NCBI GenBank assembly: GCA_041653135.1
Contig: JBAZGB010000004.1
Coordinates: 5,528 to 69,527 of the forward strand
Direction of reading: 5' to 3'
DNA from: Eubacteriales bacterium
Lineage (GTDB): Bacteria > Bacillota > Desulfotomaculia > Desulfotomaculales > Nap2-2B
Length of the DNA: 64,000 nt
The notes under the pieces were generated by a model that was not told the origin of the DNA, made no database searches, and saw only the letters and a list, made by a program, of their open reading frames with translations. This document shows positions 8,227-17,500 of this stretch, piece after piece (position 1 is the first letter of the stretch; every line of letters begins with the position of its first letter). The position numbers were made by a program, and so were the translations under genes.

Positions 8227-10053
8227 TTGCCAAAATTAAAAAGCAATATGCTGCGTACCCTGCTTCAGGCAGTGTTTGCAATCGGTTTGTTGTTGTTAAT
8301 CCATAACTTTGCGCAGCCGGTCAGTGCGGCGCAGGATGCCGGCAGTCCGGCGTTGTCTGCGGGCGGGCTGCAAAAAGCCCCCGCCCTGGCAGCGGATACG
8401 TCGCAGAATGTGGTTAGAAAGCCGGTGGAACTGACCTTCGCAGACGACGCGGCCTGGAGGGGGGCAATCAGCGGGGTAAGCGTTGACGGTGCGGCATTGG
8501 ACGCCGGGAAATATGCAATAGACGCCGGCAAAATAACCATTGATAAAACTGTCTTCAAGGTGTCCGGGGAATATTCCGTCTCAGTCAGTGCCGGCGGCTA
8601 TGCGGACGCTCTTGTGACGCAGAAGATCGGCCTTCTATGTATCACAGGAAACGGTGTGCGGCAGGAAGTTGTCTTTACACTGGCCGAACTGGAAGCAATG
8701 GATCAGGAAAGAACGGTGTTTTCGGCGACAAACGACTTTCCCTATGATTTATTTTTGGCTGTGGAAGGTGTTCCGCTGCGGAGCTTGCTGGAGCGGGCCG
8801 GAATGAAGCCGGAAGCACGGATGATTACATTTACAGGTACCGACGGGTATAAGGCTGAATTTACTGTGAATGAATTGCTGCAGACAAAACGTTATCTATT
8901 TCCCGCGAAAACGGAGGCAGAGCCGGTGATCGCCCTGAAACGGGTGGAAAGATCGTCTGACTTCAGCAGGATGAATGAGCAGGATACGCCGGTATTGTGT
9001 ATAGGCCAGCGGGCGCAAACCGAGCAGACACTTTTGAGCTTTGTCAGGATCCTGCAAGACATTACCGTAACAACGGATCCGCCTGGGCAATGGGCCGGGC
9101 CGGAGGCAAAAATCATTGATCCTGAAACCGGGCAAAAAGCTGCCACCACGGGCGGCATGGTAAAGCTCGGCTCGGAAGTCATCCTGGAAGGCGATCCGAA
9201 AACAAAAATTTATTATACAACTGACGGCAGTACGCCGGATCTTGACAGCAAGATTTACAATGCCCACGGTTGCGGACCGCTGGCAGGGCAGCATGGACAA
9301 ATTTTAGTTCAGGCTGATACTACTGTCAAAGCCAAAGCTGTTTGGCCGGGCAAGCTGGACAGTGAAACGGCCGCTTTTATATTTATGGTGGCTAATCAAC
9401 CGGCAACCGGCGGCCCGCCGGAAATGCCAGCTGGTGAATCAATCCAGAATAAAGAACCGGTATCAGGAAGCGGTCCTGTTTTTACTGATATCGGGAACTG
9501 CTGGGCTCGCGAGGATATAGAAACGTTAGCGCTCAGAGGGCTGGTTAAAGGGAGAAGCGGTAATTGCTATGAACCGGGCGGTGAAGTCACCCGGGCAGAA
9601 TTTGCGGCACTGATGGTAAGAGCCCTCGGTTTGCAGGAAAAAGTTTTAGGAGAAGGGCAGTTCGATGACGTTGCCGTTTCGGACTGGTATGCGGGTAGTG
9701 CAACCGCTGCGGCGGCGCAAGGCATCATTGCCGGTTTTGACGGGCGGCTGTTTAAACCGGACAATAGCATAACCCGTGAGGAAATGGCGGTTATGATTAT
9801 CCGTGCGGCGCGCATTGCCGGAAAAGAAGAAAATTTATCCGCTGGTGAACAAGAACAGCAGTTGTCTCAGTTCCGGGATCGGCAAATGATTTCATCCTGG
9901 GCAATGAAAGAAGCGGCAACAGCAGTGCAGGCTGGGATTATCAAGGGAACAACGGGACAGGAATTTGCCCCGCAAACTGTTCTTGACCGGGCTCAGAGCG
10001 CGGCGATCCTGAAACGGTTTCTGACTTATATCAATACCGCCGCCGCTCAGTAA
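8227..10053 (+). CDS. SLH-anchored surface protein: DUF1533/HID-like domain + YedY-like module + chitobiase-C-like Ig domain + 3 SLH
   Basis: Track ORF 8191..10053. TTG 8227 is preferred because GGGGGAGG lies 5 nt upstream and it gives the signal PKLKSNMLRTLLQAVFAIGLLLLIHNFAQPVSA. Domain evidence is ELTFADDAAWRGAISGVSVDG, FTLAELEAMD...VEGVPLRSLLERAG, KIYYTTDGSTPD, and the SLH repeats FTDIGNCWAREDIETLA, FDDVAVSDWYAGSA and FRDRQMISSWAMKEA. Confidence 0.8.
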   Translation: MPKLKSNMLRTLLQAVFAIGLLLLIHNFAQPVSAAQDAGSPALSAGGLQKAPALAADTSQNVVRKPVELTFADDAAWRGAISGVSVDGAALDAGKYAIDAGKITIDKTVFKVSGEYSVSVSAGGYADALVTQKIGLLCITGNGVRQEVVFTLAELEAMDQERTVFSATNDFPYDLFLAVEGVPLRSLLERAGMKPEARMITFTGTDGYKAEFTVNELLQTKRYLFPAKTEAEPVIALKRVERSSDFSRMNEQDTPVLCIGQRAQTEQTLLSFVRILQDITVTTDPPGQWAGPEAKIIDPETGQKAATTGGMVKLGSEVILEGDPKTKIYYTTDGSTPDLDSKIYNAHGCGPLAGQHGQILVQADTTVKAKAVWPGKLDSETAAFIFMVANQPATGGPPEMPAGESIQNKEPVSGSGPVFTDIGNCWAREDIETLALRGLVKGRSGNCYEPGGEVTRAEFAALMVRALGLQEKVLGEGQFDDVAVSDWYAGSATAAAAQGIIAGFDGRLFKPDNSITREEMAVMIIRAARIAGKEENLSAGEQEQQLSQFRDRQMISSWAMKEAATAVQAGIIKGTTGQEFAPQTVLDRAQSAAILKRFLTYINTAAAQ

Positions 10054-10092
10054 AAAAGAATGATGATAAATATTTATGCAAGGAGTATGGAG

Positions 10093-11667
10093 ATGAGGAA
10101 AATCAAGGGTTTTAGGCTTAAAAAACTGTTGGCGGCTGTAATTGGGTTAAGTATGATTTGCGGGCTGCTGAACATGGCTGCGCCGCAGTGGGCAGGCGCT
10201 GCTGAGCCGGTGGCGCTGACAGTTACAGGCGACGGGGTTGAAAAAACGGTGCAATTCACTCTGGCCGAATTGCAGGCGCTGCCGCAAAAAACCTATACCT
10301 ATTCCGGATACAATCACTGGCCTTCTTTACAGATATTTAAAGATATGAAAGGGCCGATGCTAAAGACGCTTTTGGACGCTGCGGGGTTGAAGGACAACGC
10401 CGCCATGATCAGGTGCAAATTATCCGTGGATGTATATAGCGAGTTTACCAAGGAACAGTTGCTGGACGAAAAGCGGTACTATTTCCCCGATGGTGAAGAT
10501 GAGGATAATCTGGGGAAATGGCCGCCCACCCGCAGTGAAAGAGGGAAATCGCCGGTGGAAACGATGCTTGCCCTGAACGAGTCCAATGGAAAACTGATTT
10601 ATGGCCAGAGGGCGCTGAATGAGCCGACCTGCTGCAAGAATCAGATGCTCGGAGGGCTTTGCGAGGGGGGGACAATTGAAGTACTGACAGAATCCCTGGC
10701 GCATTGGGAGGCGCCTTCCGCCAATCCTGCGCCCGGCACGATCGCCCCGGGCACGGAAGTAACCCTGCAGCACGGGGACGGGACGCCCTATCACGCCATT
10801 GTGTATTATACACTGGACGGGAGCGATCCTACTTATGGCTCAAACATATTTAATATCAGCTATCCCCACTTTCAGCAGCAATTGAACAAGCCTGTACCAA
10901 TTAATAAAAATATGACGATTAAAACCAAAACAATAGGCATGGGCAAGCTGGACAGCGAAGTGGCGACTTATCAATATAATACAGGAGTTCCAACTCAACC
11001 GGATGAGGTTAATGAAAATACTGCAGGCAATGCGGAAAATACAACTAAGCCGGAAAATACAGGTGTGACGGAGGAGGCTCCTGCAGCAGGGAATACTGAA
11101 CAGGCCAGGAATTTTACTGACCTGGAAGGTCATTGGGCCAAAGACGACATTTATTCATTAGCAGAGAAGGGTATTATCGGCGGGATGACAGCCACGGAAT
11201 TCAAGCCGGAAGAAAAAATAACCCGCGCCCAATTTGCAAAATTGCTAATCAAGGCTTTAAATATTGAAGTTAAGAAGGATGCGGTTCTTTCGTTTTCGGA
11301 TGTGCCGGCTGGCGCGTGGTATCACGATTGCGTAGCGGCGGCAGTCAGCGCAGGATTAATCACCGGTTACAGCGACAGTATTTTTGCTCCCGATAACGAC
11401 ATTACCAGGGAACAAATGGCAGTAATCTTATCGCGTGCTTTGACAATGAAATTGCCGGCGATGGAAGTTGGCGACAGTACCGGGCAGGCTATTGACAAGT
11501 TTACGGACAAAGGGGATATATCATCCTGGGCAAGGGAGGGAATAGCCCTGGCAGTAAGCAGCGGAATAGTGAGCGGGGTAAGCGCGGACACTTTTGCCCC
11601 AAAGGCATTTGTCACGCGTGCCCAGGCGGCGGTCATGATTTCGCGGCTGTATAACAAATTAAACTAA
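10093..11667 (+). CDS. SLH-anchored surface protein: YedY-like module + chitobiase-C-like Ig domain + 3 SLH
   Basis: Track ORF 10060..11667. ATG 10093 lies 7 nt after AAGGAG. The signal is MRKIKGFRLKKLLAAVIGLSMICGLLNMAAPQWAGA. Domain evidence is VQFTLAELQALPQKTYTYSGYNHWP...MKGPMLKTLLDAAG, IVYYTLDGSDPTYGS, and the SLH repeat FTDLEGHWAKDDIYSLAEKG and following repeats. Confidence 0.8.
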   Translation: MRKIKGFRLKKLLAAVIGLSMICGLLNMAAPQWAGAAEPVALTVTGDGVEKTVQFTLAELQALPQKTYTYSGYNHWPSLQIFKDMKGPMLKTLLDAAGLKDNAAMIRCKLSVDVYSEFTKEQLLDEKRYYFPDGEDEDNLGKWPPTRSERGKSPVETMLALNESNGKLIYGQRALNEPTCCKNQMLGGLCEGGTIEVLTESLAHWEAPSANPAPGTIAPGTEVTLQHGDGTPYHAIVYYTLDGSDPTYGSNIFNISYPHFQQQLNKPVPINKNMTIKTKTIGMGKLDSEVATYQYNTGVPTQPDEVNENTAGNAENTTKPENTGVTEEAPAAGNTEQARNFTDLEGHWAKDDIYSLAEKGIIGGMTATEFKPEEKITRAQFAKLLIKALNIEVKKDAVLSFSDVPAGAWYHDCVAAAVSAGLITGYSDSIFAPDNDITREQMAVILSRALTMKLPAMEVGDSTGQAIDKFTDKGDISSWAREGIALAVSSGIVSGVSADTFAPKAFVTRAQAAVMISRLYNKLN

Positions 11668-11728
11668 TTGAACAACATCAATATGCTGCAAAAGCAGCGC
11701 CATCAGATGATGAAACGAAAGAAAGGAT

Positions 11729-12568
11729 GTGTTGAAAATAAATGAGTTTAATGAAAACGACCTGATTACAGTAAAACCGGTTGGAATCGTCAGATCTGGC
11801 TTGCAGGAGCTGAACCAGGTACCGGTAGGAGGAGGAAATGCCGTAATCGAAATATATCCGGAATACAAGCGCGGATTGCTGCGTATTGAGGAAAATTCTC
11901 ATCTCTGGCTTCAATTGTGGTTTCACAAGGCAATCCGCACTCTTCTGAGCACTGTTCCGGGGAAGGTTAATCCCAACCTTCCTGAATATGGAGTTTTTTC
12001 TTTGCGAGCATTTAGCAGGCCAAATCCTATTGCTTTGACATTGGTCCGTCTGGAGAGAGTGGAAGACAATCTTCTTATTGTTAGTGGTTTGGATGCCATA
12101 GATGGGACCCCTGTTGTGGACATTAAGCCTTATTATGAGCAGGAGATAGTATTTTCGCCGGTTACCCCGTACATCCGCCCATTAAAAAGAGAAATGCGCC
12201 AGGAAATTTTCATGAAGCAGGCCTTAAACCACCATCAGGAAAAATGTGCCTGGTTTTTATTGGGGGTGCGCATGGCTCTTGTTGCCGATGATTATTTTGG
12301 ACAGCTCAATTCCAATGATTTGAAAGTAAAAGTGAACGGGCCGCTGTGCCTGGCTGATGTTATGCAGGGTTTAAGCAATGCCCGTTTGGCTAATCCCCCG
12401 CGGTTTGAATATGCCAAAACCGGTGAAATAGGGCAAAGTATCTGGGAAAAAGCCGGCAACCGGTTGACCATTACCGCCAGGCGGCTGATTACAGACGATG
12501 AATTTTTACAGATCGATGATAATCAGTTCTTAACAATAGAGTTTAAGAATCGTTTTGAAGTATGTTAA
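11729..12568 (+). CDS. TrmO/TsaA-like (YaeB, UPF0066) N-terminal domain fused to an FmdE/FwdE-like C-terminal domain
   Basis: GTG start with AAAGAAAGGA upstream. The N-terminal part is VGIVRSG...IEIYPEYKRGLLRIEENSHLWLQLWFHKA...GVFSLRAFSRPNPIALTLVRLERVEDNLLIVSGLDAIDGTPVVDIKPY. The C-terminal part is ALNHHQEKCAWFLLGVRMAL and CLADVMQGLSNARLAN, which resemble the FmdE motifs HGHxCPG..G.R and C..D.iQ..tGcT. Confidence 0.75.
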   Translation: MLKINEFNENDLITVKPVGIVRSGLQELNQVPVGGGNAVIEIYPEYKRGLLRIEENSHLWLQLWFHKAIRTLLSTVPGKVNPNLPEYGVFSLRAFSRPNPIALTLVRLERVEDNLLIVSGLDAIDGTPVVDIKPYYEQEIVFSPVTPYIRPLKREMRQEIFMKQALNHHQEKCAWFLLGVRMALVADDYFGQLNSNDLKVKVNGPLCLADVMQGLSNARLANPPRFEYAKTGEIGQSIWEKAGNRLTITARRLITDDEFLQIDDNQFLTIEFKNRFEVC

Positions 12569-12598
12569 AAACAATAATGCAATTTTGGAGGTGACGAG

Positions 12599-13162
12599 AT
12601 GGGCGAAACCAGTGTTGATGCCAAAAAAGCTTCCAAGAAGTGGCTGGTCTGGGGGGTGATCGCGCTGGTTTTGATTATTGCTGTTTCCTGGTATCTTAGC
12701 CTTGATAAAGGCGGGTTAAAGGAAGGGACAGTAGTAATTAAAGAAGGCGATGTCATTTTAGGCAGCTTTACGGTTGCAGACCTGAAAAAACTGCCGGTTG
12801 CAGAGAAAAAAATGACAATTACAAGAAATTGCTCCAGTAGTTGCAGCAGCAAAAACAGCGGCGGCGGCAATCAAAGCAAACATGATTACACCGGAACGCC
12901 TCTTTCGGCAGTGCTAAACAGCATTAATCCGGATCTGACGCAAAAATACAAAAAAGTTATTACCAGGGGCATCGACTATTACAGTCAGGTTATGGAAATG
13001 TCTGAAGTGCAGCAACCGGACAATATATACATTGCCTACAGTGATTATTACAAGCCGTTAAAAACTAAAGCAGGCGAAGAGGGAAGCCTTTCGCTCATTG
13101 TATGCAGTGACAAGTCCGGGCAGCGTTTCACCAATTGGCTGGTGAGTCTGGAATTGCAGTAA
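12599..13162 (+). CDS. N-terminally membrane-anchored small protein with the YedY-like module
   Basis: GGAGGTG RBS lies upstream. The TM segment is WLVWGVIALVLIIAVSWYL. The module is GSFTVADLKKLPVAEKKMTIT...YTGTPLSAVLNSIN...ITRGIDYY...LSLIVCSD. Confidence 0.65.
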   Translation: MGETSVDAKKASKKWLVWGVIALVLIIAVSWYLSLDKGGLKEGTVVIKEGDVILGSFTVADLKKLPVAEKKMTITRNCSSSCSSKNSGGGNQSKHDYTGTPLSAVLNSINPDLTQKYKKVITRGIDYYSQVMEMSEVQQPDNIYIAYSDYYKPLKTKAGEEGSLSLIVCSDKSGQRFTNWLVSLELQ

Positions 13163-13191
13163 GAGATTATCTTAAGGAAAGGCGGAAAGCG

Positions 13192-14661
13192 ATGTTAACT
13201 ATTAAAATATCAAGGTTTTACAGACTTCTGGCCGGCATAACGGGGTTATGCGTTATTGCCGCTTTCCTGCTTATGGGTGCGCCTCAAAGAACCGGCGCGG
13301 AAGAACCGGTAGTATTAACGGTTATGGGCGACGGGGTAAAAGAAGAAGTAAAGTTTACCATGGCGGATTTGCAGGCGCTGCCGCAAAAGACTTATACATA
13401 TAGTGGATATAACCACTGGCCTGCTTTAAAAGTGTTCAAGGACATGACCGGGCCTTCTCTGAAAGGTATTTTGGATAAAGCAGGCCTGAAGGATACCGTT
13501 GCCTTGTTCAAGTTCAAACCAAGCGGCGGCAAGTATGTGCATGTTGATTTTACTAAAGAACAGCTTTTGGATGAACCCCGCTATTATTTCCCGGATGGGG
13601 AAGATCCCGGTGATGTGGTGGATTGGCCGCCCCAGCGCAGTGAGAAGGGGAAAGTTCCGGTTGAAACCATCATTGCCCTGAATGATTCACAGGGAAGGGT
13701 ATGCTTTGGACAGCGTGCGCCCAATGAGCCGACCGGCGGCGATTGCGTCATGATTCAGGATATGTGCAGCGGCGGAGTAATAGAAGTGTCTACCGAGCCC
13801 TTGCAGCGATGGGAGCCTCCTTTAGTTTCTCCTTCTCCCGGAAAGGTTGCCGCAGGCACAAAAGTAACGCTGGTGAAACCGGAGACAATACCGGATAATG
13901 TAATGATGTACTATACCCTGGACGGCAGCGATCCTGCTTATGGGAGTTATATTTACAATATCAGCTACCCCAATTTCCAGCCGGCTTTTAACGCGCCTAT
14001 ACCGGTAAATGAAAATTTAACGATTAAAGCCAAAACAATCGGTTTCGGCAAATTGGACAGTGAATTGGTAAGTTTTCAATATACTGTGGAAAGGAAATTT
14101 TTTGACCTGGAAAATCATTGGGCTAAAGATGACATTAATTATTTAGTGGAAAAAGGGATAATTAATGGAATGAGCAATACAGAATTCAAACCGGGGGAAA
14201 AAGTTACCCGTGCCCAATTTGCCAAACTGTTGATTGGGGCATTGAATATAAAAATTGATCAAGGTTCTGAGATTCCCTTTCAAGACGTTCCTGCCGCCGC
14301 ATGGTACCATGATTATATCGCAGCAGCGGTCAAGGCGGGTTTAATCACCGGTTACAGCGACATAATTTATATTCCCGATGAAAATATCAGCAGGGAACAA
14401 ATGGCGGTAATCATTTCACGGGCATTAGAAATGAAATCAAACACAGCAGAAAATAACGGCAATATAGAGGAAATTGTTAACCAGTTTAAAGACAAAGGGG
14501 ATATATCACCCTGGGCAAGGGAGGGAATAGCCCTGGCAGTAAGCAGCGGAATAGTGAGCGGGGTAAGCGCGGACACTTTTGCCCCTAAAGTATCCGCTAA
14601 CCGGGCTGAAGCAGCGGTCATGATTTTGCGGTTATATAAAAAGACTGGTGAGAATTTGTGA
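13192..14661 (+). CDS. SLH-anchored surface protein, paralog of 10093..11667 (YedY-like module + Ig domain + 3 SLH)
   Basis: Track ORF 13135..14661. ATG 13192 follows AAGGAAAGG. The signal is MLTIKISRFYRLLAGITGLCVIAAFLLMGAPQRTGA. The protein is colinear with the 10093 protein throughout (VKFTMADLQALPQKTYTYSGYNHWP..., MMYYTLDGSDPAYGS, FFDLENHWAKDDINYLVEKG). Confidence 0.8.
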   Translation: MLTIKISRFYRLLAGITGLCVIAAFLLMGAPQRTGAEEPVVLTVMGDGVKEEVKFTMADLQALPQKTYTYSGYNHWPALKVFKDMTGPSLKGILDKAGLKDTVALFKFKPSGGKYVHVDFTKEQLLDEPRYYFPDGEDPGDVVDWPPQRSEKGKVPVETIIALNDSQGRVCFGQRAPNEPTGGDCVMIQDMCSGGVIEVSTEPLQRWEPPLVSPSPGKVAAGTKVTLVKPETIPDNVMMYYTLDGSDPAYGSYIYNISYPNFQPAFNAPIPVNENLTIKAKTIGFGKLDSELVSFQYTVERKFFDLENHWAKDDINYLVEKGIINGMSNTEFKPGEKVTRAQFAKLLIGALNIKIDQGSEIPFQDVPAAAWYHDYIAAAVKAGLITGYSDIIYIPDENISREQMAVIISRALEMKSNTAENNGNIEEIVNQFKDKGDISPWAREGIALAVSSGIVSGVSADTFAPKVSANRAEAAVMILRLYKKTGENL

Positions 14662-15224
14662 CTCTCTGGAGAAAGTTTTTAAACAGGTTTACTCCATATG
14701 ACTTTATTATCATCGCTCTGATGTCTGCCATGGGTATTGCCATCAAACCGGTAATTGTGCCACTGTCACATATCCTTACCGGACCACTCCTGATTCCGTC
14801 GGGCGCTTTGACAGGCGGGTGTTTTATGCTGTGGCTGGTCCTGGGGTTCGGCATTACCGGCAAAAGAGGCACGATGTCATTAATTGGCGTTGTTCAGGCC
14901 ATCCTGGTCATGGCCACCGGTTTGCCCGGTTCACAAGGAGTGATGAGTTTACTAAGCTATACCATGCCGGGTATTGTGGCCGATCTGGGACTATTCCTGA
15001 TTGGTCACCGGGTTTGCTGCCTGCCGTGCGCCTTTTTAGCCGGAATGCTGTCAAATATTACCGGAACCATGATGGTTAATTTCGTATATTACCGTTTTCC
15101 TCTAATTCCTTTGATCTTTAGTCTAAGTGTCGCAGCCTTGTCCGGAGGGCTTGGTGGACTGGTTGCCTTTATAATTGCACAGAAGATATGGAAATTCCAA
15201 AAACGTGAAGATGAACATTGTTAG
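14658..15224 (+). CDS. Putative ECF-transporter substrate-capture (S) component, substrate unknown
   Basis: This is a 188-aa polytopic membrane protein with about six hydrophobic segments. Its GTG start overlaps the upstream stop (GTGA at 14658-14661). It lies immediately upstream of the EcfA/A'/T genes, which is the group I ECF layout. Confidence 0.6.
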   Translation: MTLWRKFLNRFTPYDFIIIALMSAMGIAIKPVIVPLSHILTGPLLIPSGALTGGCFMLWLVLGFGITGKRGTMSLIGVVQAILVMATGLPGSQGVMSLLSYTMPGIVADLGLFLIGHRVCCLPCAFLAGMLSNITGTMMVNFVYYRFPLIPLIFSLSVAALSGGLGGLVAFIIAQKIWKFQKREDEHC

Positions 15225-15280
15225 ATTGATCTTTTTAATCATCAGGGAAAATATTTTCAATCAAGGGTGGTAATGTTTTT

Positions 15281-16036
15281 TTGGAGGCTGTGGCGGTTAA
15301 GGGGTTAACTTATAAGTACTGGCCGGGTGGACCTCTGGTATTAAACGGTATAGACTTTAATGTGTCCCCGGGAGAAATAGCAGCGGTGACAGGTTTAAGC
15401 GGCTGTGGTAAGAGCACCCTTTGTTTATGCGTCAGCGGACTGATCAATTATAACAAAGGAGGGGTAATGACCGGGGAATTACTGGTAAATGGCAAGGATG
15501 TCAGATATCTCAAAACAGCCAGCCTGGCGAGGGAAGTTGGCCTGGTTTTTCAAGATCCTGATACGCAGCTTTTTTCGCCTACCGTAGAAGACGAAATCGC
15601 TTTTGCCCCGGAAAACTTATGCCTTCCGCCCGGACAAATCCGGGAGAGGGTGGATTATCTGCTTGATCTGCTGGGAATTGCCGCTTTAGCTGAAGCGAAT
15701 CCCTACAATCTTTCCGGCGGCGAAAAAAGCCTGGTGGCTTTGGCCGCGGTTTTAGCTCTCGATCCACAGGTCCTGGTCATTGATGAAGTCATGTCCCCGC
15801 TTGATCCTGACGGGAAAAAGAGAGTAGCCTCAATTTTGGATAAGCTGCGTGCTGCAGGGAAAAGCATTATTATTGTAGAGCATGATCTGGAAGCGGTTGC
15901 TTTTGCAGACCGGTTGATGGTGTTGAACAATGGGAAATCAGCCCGTTTTGACCGGACGGAAAAGGTCCTGGCAGACTGGGATTTTCTTGCTGCAGCCGGG
16001 TTGATATATGATGATGAAGGCTTAAACAACGGATAA
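15281..16036 (+). CDS. ecfA: ECF transporter ATPase component (EcfA type)
   Basis: Walker A is GLSGCGKST, the ABC signature is LSGGEKS, and Walker B is LVIDEV. Confidence 0.85.
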   Translation: MEAVAVKGLTYKYWPGGPLVLNGIDFNVSPGEIAAVTGLSGCGKSTLCLCVSGLINYNKGGVMTGELLVNGKDVRYLKTASLAREVGLVFQDPDTQLFSPTVEDEIAFAPENLCLPPGQIRERVDYLLDLLGIAALAEANPYNLSGGEKSLVALAAVLALDPQVLVIDEVMSPLDPDGKKRVASILDKLRAAGKSIIIVEHDLEAVAFADRLMVLNNGKSARFDRTEKVLADWDFLAAAGLIYDDEGLNNG

Positions 16037-16049
16037 ACGAGGGCAAACA

Positions 16050-16715
16050 GTGGCGTTTATAGAACTTAAGCAGGTGAGCTTCTTTTATCCCGGGAAAAAG
16101 GAACCGGTACTGAATTCAGTAAGCCATAGTTTTGGCAAGGACGGGATAACGGCTGTTGTTGGACCAAATGGCAGCGGCAAGACCACGCTTACCAAAATAA
16201 TGGTTGGTATTGTACAGCCAAATAGCGGGGAAGTTTTTCTGGATTCGCTTCCTTTAAAGAAATATTCCCTGGCGGAAATAGGACGCCGTATTGGCTATGT
16301 ATTCCAGAACACGAGCCATCAGTTTTTTTGTGCCACTGTAGCGGAAGAGATTGGTTTTGGGCTAAAGCATCTGGGTAAGGAATCGGAAGCGGTTGAAGAA
16401 AAAGTGGAGTTTTACCTGGAATATTTTGAATTAACGGCCTATCGGAACGTTTTTCCCTTGCGTTTGAGTTATGGTGAAAAACAGCGGGTGGCAATCGCTG
16501 CCGTACTTGCCAATAGTCCTGATTATTGTATATTGGATGAACCTACTGTTGGTCTGGATGTTTACCGTAAGAGGTTATTGGAAAACCATTTAAAAAAAAT
16601 TGTCCGGTTGGGCAGCGGGCTATTGATTGTCAGCCATGATTATAATTTTGTTAAAAGAATCGCCGACCGGGTTGTTCGAATGGAGAACGGCCAGGTTCAG
16701 GAAGGTAGCGGGTAG
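16050..16715 (+). CDS. ECF transporter ATPase component (EcfA' type)
   Basis: Walker A is GPNGSGKTT, the signature is LSYGEKQRV, and Walker B is ILDEPT. Confidence 0.85.
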   Translation: MAFIELKQVSFFYPGKKEPVLNSVSHSFGKDGITAVVGPNGSGKTTLTKIMVGIVQPNSGEVFLDSLPLKKYSLAEIGRRIGYVFQNTSHQFFCATVAEEIGFGLKHLGKESEAVEEKVEFYLEYFELTAYRNVFPLRLSYGEKQRVAIAAVLANSPDYCILDEPTVGLDVYRKRLLENHLKKIVRLGSGLLIVSHDYNFVKRIADRVVRMENGQVQEGSG

Positions 16716-16731
16716 AAAGGGTTTACCGTTT

Positions 16732-17463
16732 ATGAAGCTTGATCCCCGGACAAAATTGGTGATCATTATTTGTATTACAACTTTAGCTTTAATTTACAAT
16801 ACTCCCGGGCGGCTGCTTTTGCTTTTTGCCTTAACGATTATCCTGATCTTGTTTTTTAGGATTAATCTTGCCGGTATCTGGAGCAGTTTAAAAAAACTTT
16901 TGCCCTTGCTTTTGACGCTTTTTTTAGTTCAGGTCATTTTTCTGCGGTCCGGTACTGCTCTTGTCAGTGTGGGTTCGGCGCCGCTAATTACCGCCAATGG
17001 CCTTGCGGCAGGGACCAGTGTCATGCTGCGATTGGGAATCGTCTGTTTTGTAGCCGTTTTGTTAACATCTTCAACCAATTCCCGGGATTTTGTTTTAGGG
17101 CTGGCGCAGTGGAAAATTCCCTATGAAATAGCTTTTATGGTTTCGGTGACAATTCGATTTTTACCAGTTCTGCGGGAGGAAATGAGCAATATAATTACAG
17201 CTGTTCAATTAAGAGGAGTTGAGCTCAAGAAGGTGCCCTGGCGAGAAAAAATCAAACTCTACTGCAGCTTATTTTTCCCGCTGGTCTATGGAACAATTCT
17301 CAAGGCCCAACGGCTGTCGCTGGCGATGGAAGCGCGATGTTTCAGGATTTACCCACAGCGCACTTACCTTAGACGATTGAGATTGACCTGCATTGACTAT
17401 GTCTTGATGGTGGTTTCTGTAATTGCTACACTTATATTTATTAACCCCGATATTTGGAGATAA
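16732..17463 (+). CDS. ecfT: ECF transporter transmembrane (T) component, CbiQ family
   Basis: Track ORF 16627..17463 overlaps ecfA', so ATG 16732 (MKLDPRTKLVIIICITT) is preferred. The protein is polytopic, with the coupling-helix-like motifs AVQLRGVEL and AMEARCF. Confidence 0.8.
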   Translation: MKLDPRTKLVIIICITTLALIYNTPGRLLLLFALTIILILFFRINLAGIWSSLKKLLPLLLTLFLVQVIFLRSGTALVSVGSAPLITANGLAAGTSVMLRLGIVCFVAVLLTSSTNSRDFVLGLAQWKIPYEIAFMVSVTIRFLPVLREEMSNIITAVQLRGVELKKVPWREKIKLYCSLFFPLVYGTILKAQRLSLAMEARCFRIYPQRTYLRRLRLTCIDYVLMVVSVIATLIFINPDIWR

Positions 17464-17500
17464 GCAAAGTATTTGTCCAACTGTAAAGGAGAAATGTGAC

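Noticed and set aside
13135-17500. Extended N-termini in the ORF track (13135, 16627, 17423; also 813, 2704, 8191, 10060, 23072, 39086, 44469, 46921, 49242, 62036, 63618)
   Set aside because: The extensions overlap the preceding gene or lack an RBS. Internal ATG/GTG/TTG codons preceded by GGAGG-like sequences give proper signal peptides or canonical N-termini, so I used the shorter models. Start calls remain predictions.
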